Below, one piece after another: positions 49,909 through 58,151 of a DNA stretch of 64,000 bases. Every line of letters starts with the position of its first letter. Positions within the stretch are counted from its first letter, which is position 1. Source of the DNA: Chlamydiota bacterium (GTDB taxonomy: Bacteria > Chlamydiota > Chlamydiia > Chlamydiales > SM23-39); NCBI GenBank assembly GCA_013285585.1, contig JABDHH010000002.1, positions 8,198-72,197 on the forward strand, written 5' to 3'. The translations under genes were made by a program, and so were the position numbers. The notes beneath the pieces are model-generated. The model searched no databases, had not been told where the DNA came from, and saw only the letters and a list, made by a program, of their open reading frames with translations.

Positions 49909-52274
49909 AAATGAACGAATTAATTGATCAAGTTGTTGATATTACACCAACACCAAGAATATTGCGTACTCTTGGAGATATTCCATTTGCTGCGTGGCAA
50001 TGCTTAGCTGAACTTATGGATAATTCTTTGGATGCTTTCAATGATGCGGAGAGCAAAGGAAAGATCATTAGCAAACCAAGGATCGATATCCACTGGTCAA
50101 GCGATATGGTACCCGCCAAAGATCGTGAAATTGTAATTGAAGATAATGGCCTAGGCATGAGCCTCGAAGTTATGCAAAAAGCAGCCAAGGCTGGTTATTC
50201 AAATAATGATCCGATTCATAATTTAGGTTTATTTGGGATGGGATTTAATATCGCCACAGCCCGTCTTGGTGATGAAACCATATTTTTATCTACTACCTCT
50301 GAAAGCAATGAATGGGTTGGGATCAAGATCAGTTTTGAGCAACTCATAAAAGATCAAACCTTTTCAGCTCCCATCATCAGAAAGCCAAAAAAGAATGCGC
50401 AAGAATCCGGAACAAAAATTATTGTACGGAATTTAAAAGATGGAGTGTTTGGAGAAATGCATAGAAAGGAAGGGGCGATCCGCCGACAACTTGAGACAAT
50501 ATATACTCCGATTTTAAACAAAAATAAAATTCCCGTATTCATTCAAGGGAAACAGCTCTCGCCGCGCCCACATTGTGTATGGAGCGATTCTAGGTTTGCA
50601 ATAAAAAAAGGCGTTAAAGTTGAAGCGATCCAACACATAAATCGTGATTTAGGAGAAACATATTTCGACATATCTAGAAATAGATATCTCACTGAAGCAG
50701 AGTCAATTGAATTAGATATTCTTGCTAGCAAAAGTAACGCATCTCTTCCACAAAAAATAGTCAAACGTTCTCGTAGACTCAAGGGTTGGATTGGGATTCA
50801 ACGGTTTGCCGACCCGACTGATTTTGGAATCGACTTTGTGAGAAATGGCCGAAAAATACTTGTCTCCGATAAGTCTCTCTTCGGATATGAGAATCCCGAT
50901 ACTGGAACTTATACCTCGGAATATCCGCTAGAATTGGGATCGACAATTGGTGGTCGAATTGTCGGTGAATTACATGTCGATTATTTGATACCAACATACC
51001 AAAAAAATGGTTTTGACACTTCGGATAAAGCATGGCGCTTAACCGTTGATGCAATAAGAGGCGCTGGCCCAATACTTCCTAAAAAAAGGGACATTTTAGG
51101 ATACGACGGAGAGAATGATTCTCCTCTCGGAAAACTTGTAAATACCTACAGAAGAACAGATCCAGGAACTAAAAATCTCGCAATAACCAATTCGTTGGCA
51201 AAAGACTTCTCAAAACGTTTCTTTGCTGGTGAGCCAGAGTATCAATCGGATGAAAAATGGTACAAAATCGCCCAAGAATCTGACCGGGAGCGTGGAGAGG
51301 GGGAAACCGGGCTAACCCCAGTCAACAGCGGTACCTCACCTTCAGACGATGTTACTATTTACACTGATTCAGAAAGTTCACCAAGTAAAAATGAAAACAC
51401 AAATATATCTCCTTCAAATTTAGTCGTCGGCTCGACGAGTCCCATTACTTCTGAGAGAGATCAACTTATTCAACACTCTGAAAAAGAAGCAGCAATCTCA
51501 GGTAAATATTCCTACGACAATCTCCCGGGTATGGAAATTACCGCATGGCGTTTGCGAGATAGGCATATACGAGTTCATGGAAAACGCGTTCCTTCTCATT
51601 TATTTCAAGACGGAGTTGAAGTAGATTTTTTTTATGACCCAACTCATTCGATCCTCTCGGAATATCCTTTGTCCCCCAAACAACTTCTACTCCAAGGACT
51701 AGCCGAAAAGTTCGCATTGCGCGATCCCGGGGTTTCAATTCAGTCAGCATTTCTTGGATTAATCGACAATCATTTATCTGAAGAACGAATTAATGCTCAG
51801 GCTTTACAAGAACGCGCTTACTCTATTGCATCCAGCATCCGCGAAAAATTACCAGCTCTTTTGGGGCATCGGTTTTCTAAAGTAAAAGAAATTATCCAAT
51901 CGGTAGAAAGTGAGGAGGAAGAACTCGCGAAAAAGCTTCTAGATGAGGCGCCGCAATTTCTTGTCGCATATCAAGAATCAAGCAATGAAGCCGCACGATC
52001 TTTAGCATATGTTTGCGATGCCACAATCAAACGATTTATAGCAGAATTTCCAGAAGAATTCATGGACAAAAAATTATTTGCTCAGCCGTATATAAACTTA
52101 AAAATTGGTAGCGAATCAACATGCGACCGATTACGTAAAAACTCACTCGAAAGAGTACTCTCGTATTTTTCAGATATCGTCCTGCTGCTTCAAGGTGGAA
52201 GAGTTCAAAACAAGTATGAGCTTCTACGACATTCAAACACACTCTCTCTTCTCGAAGGCTTGTTAGTGGATTAA
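49905..52274 (+). CDS. GHKL (Bergerat-fold, MORC/HATPase_c_3-like) ATPase, 789 aa
   Basis: N-box ELMDNSLDA, G1 IEDNGLGM, G2 GLFGMGFN within the first 130 aa. I do not recognise the long C-terminal region. Start GTG overlaps the dcm stop (GTGA), or ATG 2 nt after it. Confidence 0.75.
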   Translation: MKMNELIDQVVDITPTPRILRTLGDIPFAAWQCLAELMDNSLDAFNDAESKGKIISKPRIDIHWSSDMVPAKDREIVIEDNGLGMSLEVMQKAAKAGYSNNDPIHNLGLFGMGFNIATARLGDETIFLSTTSESNEWVGIKISFEQLIKDQTFSAPIIRKPKKNAQESGTKIIVRNLKDGVFGEMHRKEGAIRRQLETIYTPILNKNKIPVFIQGKQLSPRPHCVWSDSRFAIKKGVKVEAIQHINRDLGETYFDISRNRYLTEAESIELDILASKSNASLPQKIVKRSRRLKGWIGIQRFADPTDFGIDFVRNGRKILVSDKSLFGYENPDTGTYTSEYPLELGSTIGGRIVGELHVDYLIPTYQKNGFDTSDKAWRLTVDAIRGAGPILPKKRDILGYDGENDSPLGKLVNTYRRTDPGTKNLAITNSLAKDFSKRFFAGEPEYQSDEKWYKIAQESDRERGEGETGLTPVNSGTSPSDDVTIYTDSESSPSKNENTNISPSNLVVGSTSPITSERDQLIQHSEKEAAISGKYSYDNLPGMEITAWRLRDRHIRVHGKRVPSHLFQDGVEVDFFYDPTHSILSEYPLSPKQLLLQGLAEKFALRDPGVSIQSAFLGLIDNHLSEERINAQALQERAYSIASSIREKLPALLGHRFSKVKEIIQSVESEEEELAKKLLDEAPQFLVAYQESSNEAARSLAYVCDATIKRFIAEFPEEFMDKKLFAQPYINLKIGSESTCDRLRKNSLERVLSYFSDIVLLLQGGRVQNKYELLRHSNTLSLLEGLLVD

Positions 52275-53968
52275 TGGAAAATCGTCTAAAAAATTTTCTC
52301 ACACCATCTGTAATGCAAGGTGGAGACTGGCGAACGTTGGAGCATGCTGTATCACGCATTTTACTACATTGCGGATGGCGAGATATCCAATATGTAGGTG
52401 AAAGCGGAGATAAAGGAGCCGACGTTTTAGCGGTTAGATATAACTCAGCTAAAGCAGTCGATGATTCTTATCTTATTCAGGTTAAAGCCGTCAATTCGAA
52501 TTCTTATGTAGGCAAATCTGCCGTAGATCAAGCACTAAAGGGGCAATCCTATTACAAGGCCAGAATTGTTGTGATCGCTACAAACGGTGAATTCACCCGC
52601 TCTGCCTATCAGCGTAGAGATGAGTTAATTAAGGAAGGCTATGATGTTAGGTTGTGGAATGGCGCATTTTTATTGGATCTTGTCGATAAATGGGAGGACT
52701 ACAGTTCAGAGCGTAGAAATCTGCGCGAATATCAAGCAAGAATTAGTGATTCAATCATCAAGAGCTATATTAAAGGATGTCGAAAGTCCCTTTTCATAGT
52801 CGCCACGGGCCTTGGAAAAACTGTGATAGCCTCCGTTATCGCTGATAAACTCTATCACCAGGGACTAAAAAAGATCTTAGTTCTATGCCATTCAACGGAT
52901 TTGGCGTTTCAATTACAAAAAGCATTCTGGGGGCAAATATCCAAACAAATTTCAACAAGACTCTTCATGGACGGAGAACCGCCTGTCCCCATAGATGGCA
53001 TTAATTTTGGCCTTTATCAGACTTTATTCGGGTATCTTGGAGGTATTGAGCCTCATGCCTTTGATCTCATTATAGTGGACGAAGCGCACCACGCTCTAGC
53101 TAATGCATTTGCCACATGCATTCAATATCTCAGTCCAAAATTACTCGTTGGCATGACAGCTACACCTTGGCGAGGAGACGGCACTTCAATAGAGTCTATA
53201 TTTGGAGAGCCCATTGAACGTATTTCTCTCGTGGATGGGATGCGCATGGGATATCTTGCTAAAGTTGATTATAGACTAATGTGCGACAACATCGACTGGA
53301 ACGAAATTCCAAACCTGGCAAAGAACTCTCTTACAATTCGAGATCTTAACAAAAAACTATTTCTCCCCCAGAGAGACGATGCGGTAATTGCGCAACTTCT
53401 GGATGTAGCTACGAAAATTCAAAATCCAAAAATCGCGATTTTCTCCCCTTCGAAAAATCATGCGGAGACATTTGCTGGGAAATTAGTTTCAGCCGGAATC
53501 TCAGCCGCCAATATGTCCGTTAATGACAAGGTGAAAAGAAGACAGATTCTCTTAAATTTTTCAGCGGGCAAAATCAAAGCCATAACTGCTGTAGATGTAT
53601 TGAATGAAGGAATTGACGTTCCGGATGTCAATATCTTAGTTTTCCTGCGGGCAACACATTCTCGTCGTATTTTTATTCAGCAATTAGGACGGGGTCTTAG
53701 AATTTCTTCTGGCAAGAACAAAGTGATCGTATTAGATTTTGTAACCGATATTCGTCGAATTGCCGCTGTAAGAGAACTCGATAAAGAAGCGAAATCCGAG
53801 CCTAAACCATCTGAAATCGAAACCGTTTTTCTTCGAGATGGAGTCGTAACATTTAGTAACGAGAGAGTTCAGAATTTCGTAGATGCCTGGTTGGATGATG
53901 TCACTAGTCTCCAGGATAGCGAGGATGCGGAAAAGTTAGCATTTCCCAATACCGATGGTTGGTTATGA
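52274..53968 (+). CDS. Mrr-type restriction-endonuclease domain fused to an SF2 (ResIII/DEAH) helicase
   Basis: N-terminus: GDKGADVLA...IQVK...ATNGEFTRSA...LWNG (Mrr_cat pattern). Helicase motifs: I ATGLGKT, II IIVDEAHH, III MTATPWR, V/VI VDVLNEGIDVP, QQLGRGLR. Start overlaps the upstream stop (TAATG). Confidence 0.85.
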   Translation: MENRLKNFLTPSVMQGGDWRTLEHAVSRILLHCGWRDIQYVGESGDKGADVLAVRYNSAKAVDDSYLIQVKAVNSNSYVGKSAVDQALKGQSYYKARIVVIATNGEFTRSAYQRRDELIKEGYDVRLWNGAFLLDLVDKWEDYSSERRNLREYQARISDSIIKSYIKGCRKSLFIVATGLGKTVIASVIADKLYHQGLKKILVLCHSTDLAFQLQKAFWGQISKQISTRLFMDGEPPVPIDGINFGLYQTLFGYLGGIEPHAFDLIIVDEAHHALANAFATCIQYLSPKLLVGMTATPWRGDGTSIESIFGEPIERISLVDGMRMGYLAKVDYRLMCDNIDWNEIPNLAKNSLTIRDLNKKLFLPQRDDAVIAQLLDVATKIQNPKIAIFSPSKNHAETFAGKLVSAGISAANMSVNDKVKRRQILLNFSAGKIKAITAVDVLNEGIDVPDVNILVFLRATHSRRIFIQQLGRGLRISSGKNKVIVLDFVTDIRRIAAVRELDKEAKSEPKPSEIETVFLRDGVVTFSNERVQNFVDAWLDDVTSLQDSEDAEKLAFPNTDGWL

Positions 53969-54543
53969 GCAGAGGTATACCAGAGAAAATTTCCAAAGAA
54001 ATAAAGGCGAAAGTTTTCCTTGAAGCTGATCGTATCAACTATCTTGCGCGAAATACCTCAGACAACAACGCATTTATTAACAATCTTGTTGCCATGCCAG
54101 AAGTTGGAGGAAGACTGTCTCAATTTATTAATAAAATGGAACTGCGCACGTACATCAAAGATGCAATTCTCCATAGATATTCAGAACAAAAAGCAAAAGA
54201 GAACCGACCAAATAAAATTGAGCCCATAATTAATGAATTAATGGGGATCACGGCGGAACTTCTTGAAACCGACCTTAAAAACCAAATAAATATTTTCAAG
54301 TCTCTTAACGACGGTCGTTTTATAGTAGTAACCGATGGAACCATTCTCAAATGGGAAACTGCTCTCCGCAAGGCTTTATTGTACATAACATCAAAACCTC
54401 TTTCAGATCAAAAAGAAATGAAAATCAGCATCATATTGACTCTTTTCGCAAGGCGTCAAAAAGTTTCTCCCTCAGATATGCGGCATCTCGAAAAAGCGCT
54501 ATCACTTTGCAATGCGGTTCCTTACGTTTACGGCGAAGGCTGA
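53959..54543 (+). CDS. Orphan 194-aa protein inside the methyltransferase/GHKL/helicase/Vsr operon
   Basis: ATG at 53965 overlaps the helicase stop (ATGA). The 3' end overlaps the vsr start by 32 nt. No motif recognised. Confidence 0.55.
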   Translation: MVMSRGIPEKISKEIKAKVFLEADRINYLARNTSDNNAFINNLVAMPEVGGRLSQFINKMELRTYIKDAILHRYSEQKAKENRPNKIEPIINELMGITAELLETDLKNQINIFKSLNDGRFIVVTDGTILKWETALRKALLYITSKPLSDQKEMKISIILTLFARRQKVSPSDMRHLEKALSLCNAVPYVYGEG

Positions 54544-54964
54544 ATTGGATAACATTAGCAGAGAAGAGAGAAGTCATGTCATGAGCTTGGTCAAACAAAA
54601 AAATACCAAGCCTGAAATTATTGTACGTTCTTTCTTACATCGGAAAGGACTTCGATATCGACTCCATGATAAAACTCTTAACGGAAAGCCAGATTTAGTA
54701 TTTCCAAAATACAAAACGATAGTTTTTGTTCATGGCTGTTTTTGGCATGGTCATGACTCCCCTTTGTGTAAATTGGCACGAACCCCCAAATCCAAAATCG
54801 ACTTTTGGACAGCCAAAGTTGTTAGAACTAAAGAAAGAGATACTAGCAATATGGCTATCCTAAAATCGACCGGCTGGCGCACATTAATCATTTGGGAATG
54901 CGAGTTATCGAAACAAGAATCATTAGAACGTTTGTTTCTCAACATCACGAATGAATCAAAATAG
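54512..54964 (+). CDS. vsr: Very-short-patch repair endonuclease
   Basis: 150 aa. RSHVMSLVKQKNTKPE...GLRYRLH...PDLVFPKYKTIVFVHGCFWHGH...FW..K...N..RD...GW..L.IWECE, collinear with E. coli Vsr. Confidence 0.92.
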   Translation: MRFLTFTAKAELDNISREERSHVMSLVKQKNTKPEIIVRSFLHRKGLRYRLHDKTLNGKPDLVFPKYKTIVFVHGCFWHGHDSPLCKLARTPKSKIDFWTAKVVRTKERDTSNMAILKSTGWRTLIIWECELSKQESLERLFLNITNESK

Positions 54965-55127
54965 GATGCTCTGGATGAAACAAGAGTAGACGGTGCACTG
55001 GCGGTGCAATAGACCTCCCCTTTAACCGGTTTTGATCGGTAGAATCCAGTTGCGCTATTTTCCCAACCAACTTATATTTATACCCATAAAGGTTGGATAG
55101 CGCTGGGTGGGATGGAATGCTCCCTCC

Positions 55128-55170
55128 CTCATAACCCGTCGGTCTCTGGTTCAAACCCAGGTTGCCCCAT
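55128..55170 (+). repeat. attR: 43-bp duplicate of the tRNA(CAU) 3' half
   Basis: CTCATAACCCGTCGGTCTCTGGTTCAAACCCAGGTTGCCCCAT versus 38881-38923, with a single T/C difference. Confidence 0.9.
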
Positions 55171-55244
55171 ATTTATATTAAGTGACTTACGTTAGTTACA
55201 AATTGAAGATGAGAAAATTTGGGAAATGATGCGGGAGTCTTCAA

Positions 55245-55466
55245 ATGTCAAAATCTAAAAAATCTGATATAAATCAAATGCTATTAAAAGCCCATAAACT
55301 CGGGGTCAAACAAGCCATAGATATTTCAGCTCGAACAAACACATCTTTGATAGTGTATGAGAATGGTAAGATCAAATCAATTAAACCAAAATTTAAATAC
55401 GTTCGCGTCCCTGTCACAACAAAAAAACAGACGTCCTCTCCTCGCTCTCAAAAAAAGAAAAAATAA
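55245..55466 (+). CDS. Small basic hypothetical protein
   Basis: 73 aa with a Lys-rich tail. Sits upstream of the CPBP protease in the second island segment. Confidence 0.4.
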   Translation: MSKSKKSDINQMLLKAHKLGVKQAIDISARTNTSLIVYENGKIKSIKPKFKYVRVPVTTKKQTSSPRSQKKKK

Positions 55467-55490
55467 TGCGAACAAAAGGACTCACAAAGA

Positions 55491-56219
55491 ATGAACTCTC
55501 TCACTGCTCGCCAAAGCAAAAAAAGGTTTTTCATTCTATGGATTCTATGTCTCATAGGTTCATGGTCTGTTCTTCCTTACATTCAATATTTAGGAATCCT
55601 TCCTCCGTCGGTTTCGATTCTCAGAGCCTTATTTTTAGGAACACTTCAAGCAGCCTTCCTTTACGGACTTGTTTGTTACCTTAGCTATAAACTCGTGCCG
55701 AAGACCGATCTTCACCCATTTGTAATAAAAAACCCTCTCAAGCAAAGCATCTATCCTGGAATCATTTCCGGCGTAACCGTTGGACTTGTGATCTATTTCT
55801 TGAATAAAACAATCTTCTCTTCATCTCTTCTTGCTGTCGAAGGAATCCATCCCCCAGCTTGGGCGGGTGCCTTAGCCTCTCTTTATGGCTCCATTAATGA
55901 GGAGGTCTTGTTAAGGCTGTTTTTATTTACTTTGGTCTATTTTATTTTTGGAAAAATCGTTAAATTTACGTCTCACAAGCGATTGCTATTTCTTTGGGTC
56001 ACAAACATCATTGTAGCGATCATTTTTGGACTAGGTCATTTACCCACCGCTTTCAAGCTGATTACACCCTCTTCCTTTGAAATTGCTAGAATCCTGATTC
56101 TCAATGGCATTCCCGGCATTGTCTTTGGCTGGCTATACTGGTCGAGAGGGCTGTGGTCAGCCATAACAGCCCATTTGGTAGCAGATCTCATGATCCATGT
56201 GTTTTTGCAAGAACTATAG
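55491..56219 (+). CDS. CPBP (CAAX protease / Abi) family intramembrane metalloprotease
   Basis: 242 aa polytopic. NEEVLLRLF (EExxxR), FGLGHL (HxxxN/H-type) and TAHLVADL motifs. Confidence 0.8.
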   Translation: MNSLTARQSKKRFFILWILCLIGSWSVLPYIQYLGILPPSVSILRALFLGTLQAAFLYGLVCYLSYKLVPKTDLHPFVIKNPLKQSIYPGIISGVTVGLVIYFLNKTIFSSSLLAVEGIHPPAWAGALASLYGSINEEVLLRLFLFTLVYFIFGKIVKFTSHKRLLFLWVTNIIVAIIFGLGHLPTAFKLITPSSFEIARILILNGIPGIVFGWLYWSRGLWSAITAHLVADLMIHVFLQEL

Positions 56220-56377
56220 CAGGGAAAAGGTTATGACCTATTTTTCCGCATTTTTTCCGCAATTAACCGGAAATCTCCTGAATTTTTGAGAACCCATCTG
56301 AACCCAATCACAATCCCTTTGCCTATGAAAACCTGATTCTGGTTTAATCGTTGTCGTTCAGAGTGATACTTAAGATG

Positions 56378-56424
56378 GGACTCATCATAACCCGTCGGTT
56401 TCTGGTTCAAATCCAGGTTGCCCA
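56378..56424 (+). repeat. Degenerate third copy of the tRNA 3' half (older att remnant)
   Basis: GGACTCAT(CAT)AACCCGTCGGTTTCTGGTTCAAATCCAGGTTGCCCA. Relative to the tRNA it has a 3-nt insertion, 1 substitution and a 1-nt deletion. Confidence 0.8.
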
Positions 56425-56434
56425 ATTCTCATAA

Positions 56435-56601
56435 GAGCCAGTTGCAAAACTCGCTTCGCTGCTCAAATTCGACGATTTCAAAGCCGGTTCGGTTTTTCGC
56501 AAATCGACATATCCTATTGGTCATAGGCGATTTTGCGAAAAATCCGAATCCGGCGAAGAAAGCGCGGGTTTGGGTCCGAATTGGAGTTTTGCAACTGGCT
56601 C
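56435..56601. repeat. 167-bp palindromic MITE-like element, copy B
   Basis: Near-identical to 34157-34322, including the 18-bp terminal inverted repeats. It abuts the att remnant. Confidence 0.85.
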
Positions 56602-56754
56602 TAGATTAATAACAATTTTTTTGTTTCAGAGCAAATGGAACGATGTCAGCGCAGCAGTTCCCGCTCGAATCTTAAAGGAGCTGGAGGTTTTGGTAATTCA
56701 AAAAGTGTAGATTGGATATTCATACAATTCCCATATGATTGGGTAGAAATTGTA

Positions 56755-56916
56755 ATACCAAATATCAGAAATAACGTTGGGTTTGGCTACGTCAGCTCTG
56801 CAACAAATTTTTCGTCTTCACTCGTGCCTTGCCATGCTGGCAATGGTCACTCGTTCCAGACAAAAAATTTGTGCAGCTTCCTTGCCAAACCCAACGTTAT
56901 TTCTGATATTTGGTAT
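56755..56916. repeat. Long hairpin with 33-bp perfect inverted-repeat arms
   Basis: ATACCAAATATCAGAAATAACGTTGGGTTTGGC (56755-56787) is the exact reverse complement of 56884-56916. The interior is also partly self-complementary. Confidence 0.8.
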
Positions 56917-56999
56917 AACATAACAATAATCTTATCTCCCTAAAATTCAACGAGTAAGTATTTTTTCACAGCCTCGAAGGAGGGGTTTTGCAATCGGCC

Positions 57000-57848
57000 C
57001 TAAACTGTATCGACCGAAATCATGACGCATAGCACAGTAATGATCACGAGGGAAAGGCGAAACATGCTGCGCGCCCAAAGTCGATCGTTTTCTGCCTTGA
57101 ACCCTTTGACCGACAGGTAAAGCCAAGCGGCGCTGAGCATGGAGGCGACGACGACATAAGCGATGCCGACATACCCGAACAACATCAGCAAAAGCGTAGC
57201 GGCAGCAAAAGCGATCACATAGAGAAGCATCTGGACCTTGGTAGCAAAGGCTCCTCGTTTGTTAGGCAATACGGGAATGGAGGCTGCTGCATATTCGCTC
57301 TGGCGGTACATCGCGATCGCAAAGAAATGGGGCATTTGCCAGAGGACGAGAATCGCGAAGAGCAAGATCGCTCCTGCGTCGAGACGGTGGCTTACGGCAG
57401 AATATCCGACAACCGGAGGGATTGCCCCTGAAATGCTCCCAACAAGAGTCGCATGCATCGAGCGGGTCTTCCAAAGGCTGTAGAGAACCACATAAACGAA
57501 GAAGCCGGAGGCGGCGATCCCGGCCGCTAAATAATTGGTGTAGAGGCTTAAGACCGCAAGGCCAAAAACGCCGAGAACAAGAGCGAAACAGATCGCCTTC
57601 CAGGGCGCGATCAGTCCCCTTGCCAAGGCCCGATTTTGAGTCCTTGCCATTTTCGCGTCCGAGATCCGATCGATATAGTTGTTGCATACGCAAGCCGACG
57701 CAATGACAGGGCCGAGTCCGAGCAGCATGGCTAAAAAAAGCCAAAAGTCGATCTGTCCTCTCGAAGCTAGGGCGAACCCTCCGGCCGTCGTGATCAGGTT
57801 GCCCATTACGATCCCAGGTTTCGTGAGCAAATAATAAGATTTCATCAT
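57000..57848 (-). CDS. cyoE: Protoheme IX farnesyltransferase (heme O synthase)
   Basis: 282 aa polytopic UbiA-family protein. NNYIDRISDAKMARTQNR (NxxxDxxxD) motif. Last gene of the cyo operon. Confidence 0.9.
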   Translation of the reverse strand: MMKSYYLLTKPGIVMGNLITTAGGFALASRGQIDFWLFLAMLLGLGPVIASACVCNNYIDRISDAKMARTQNRALARGLIAPWKAICFALVLGVFGLAVLSLYTNYLAAGIAASGFFVYVVLYSLWKTRSMHATLVGSISGAIPPVVGYSAVSHRLDAGAILLFAILVLWQMPHFFAIAMYRQSEYAAASIPVLPNKRGAFATKVQMLLYVIAFAAATLLLMLFGYVGIAYVVVASMLSAAWLYLSVKGFKAENDRLWARSMFRLSLVIITVLCVMISVDTV

Positions 57849-58150
57849 GGGTGGAGCATCAAGTTATAGTTTAAATGATACATGATCCAGATGGAGCCTA
57901 CAAGGATAAGCGCAGCCACGCCGATCATGCAGAGAAAAACAGTCATGTTCCAGCGAGGCTTCCGCTCTTGGCCGAGCTCCAAATAGACGAATATAAAGAG
58001 GCATCCTTGCAATGCTGCGATGGCGGCGATAGTCAAATCCAAATGCATCTTGGAAAAAAGATGCCAGGAAGCGACGAAATAGGCCGCCAAGGTTAAAATG
58101 AGGCATGCCGCAAATCCCAGCAGATATGACTTCAAATTGCCCTGTCCCAT
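57845..58150 (-). CDS. cyoD: Cytochrome o ubiquinol oxidase subunit IV
   Basis: 101 aa, three TM helices. Position between cyoC and cyoE, with ATGA overlap. Confidence 0.8.
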   Translation of the reverse strand: MGQGNLKSYLLGFAACLILTLAAYFVASWHLFSKMHLDLTIAAIAALQGCLFIFVYLELGQERKPRWNMTVFLCMIGVAALILVGSIWIMYHLNYNLMLHP

Positions 58151-58151
58151 T

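Larger units (their letters stand above)
38923..55170. mobile_element. Approx. 16.2-kb integrative genomic island (P4-like int / alpA / primase backbone with defence cargo)
   Basis: Bounded by a 43-bp direct repeat of the tRNA 3' half (38881-38923 versus 55128-55170, 1 mismatch). The integrase lies next to the tRNA. Composition is mosaic, with the 48.6-55 kb part visibly AT-rich. Confidence 0.85.

Noticed and set aside
55081-55127. Possibility that attR is part of a second complete tRNA gene
   Set aside because: The sequence upstream of 55128 (GGTTGGATAGCGCTGGGTGGGATGGAATGCTCCCTCC) does not form an acceptor stem complementary to TTGCCCC, nor a proper D-arm or anticodon stem. Only the 3' half is duplicated.
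56635-56943. 102-aa ORF
   Set aside because: It spans the 33-bp perfect inverted repeat, so its two halves are mirror-image artefacts. It has no RBS and no recognisable motif.
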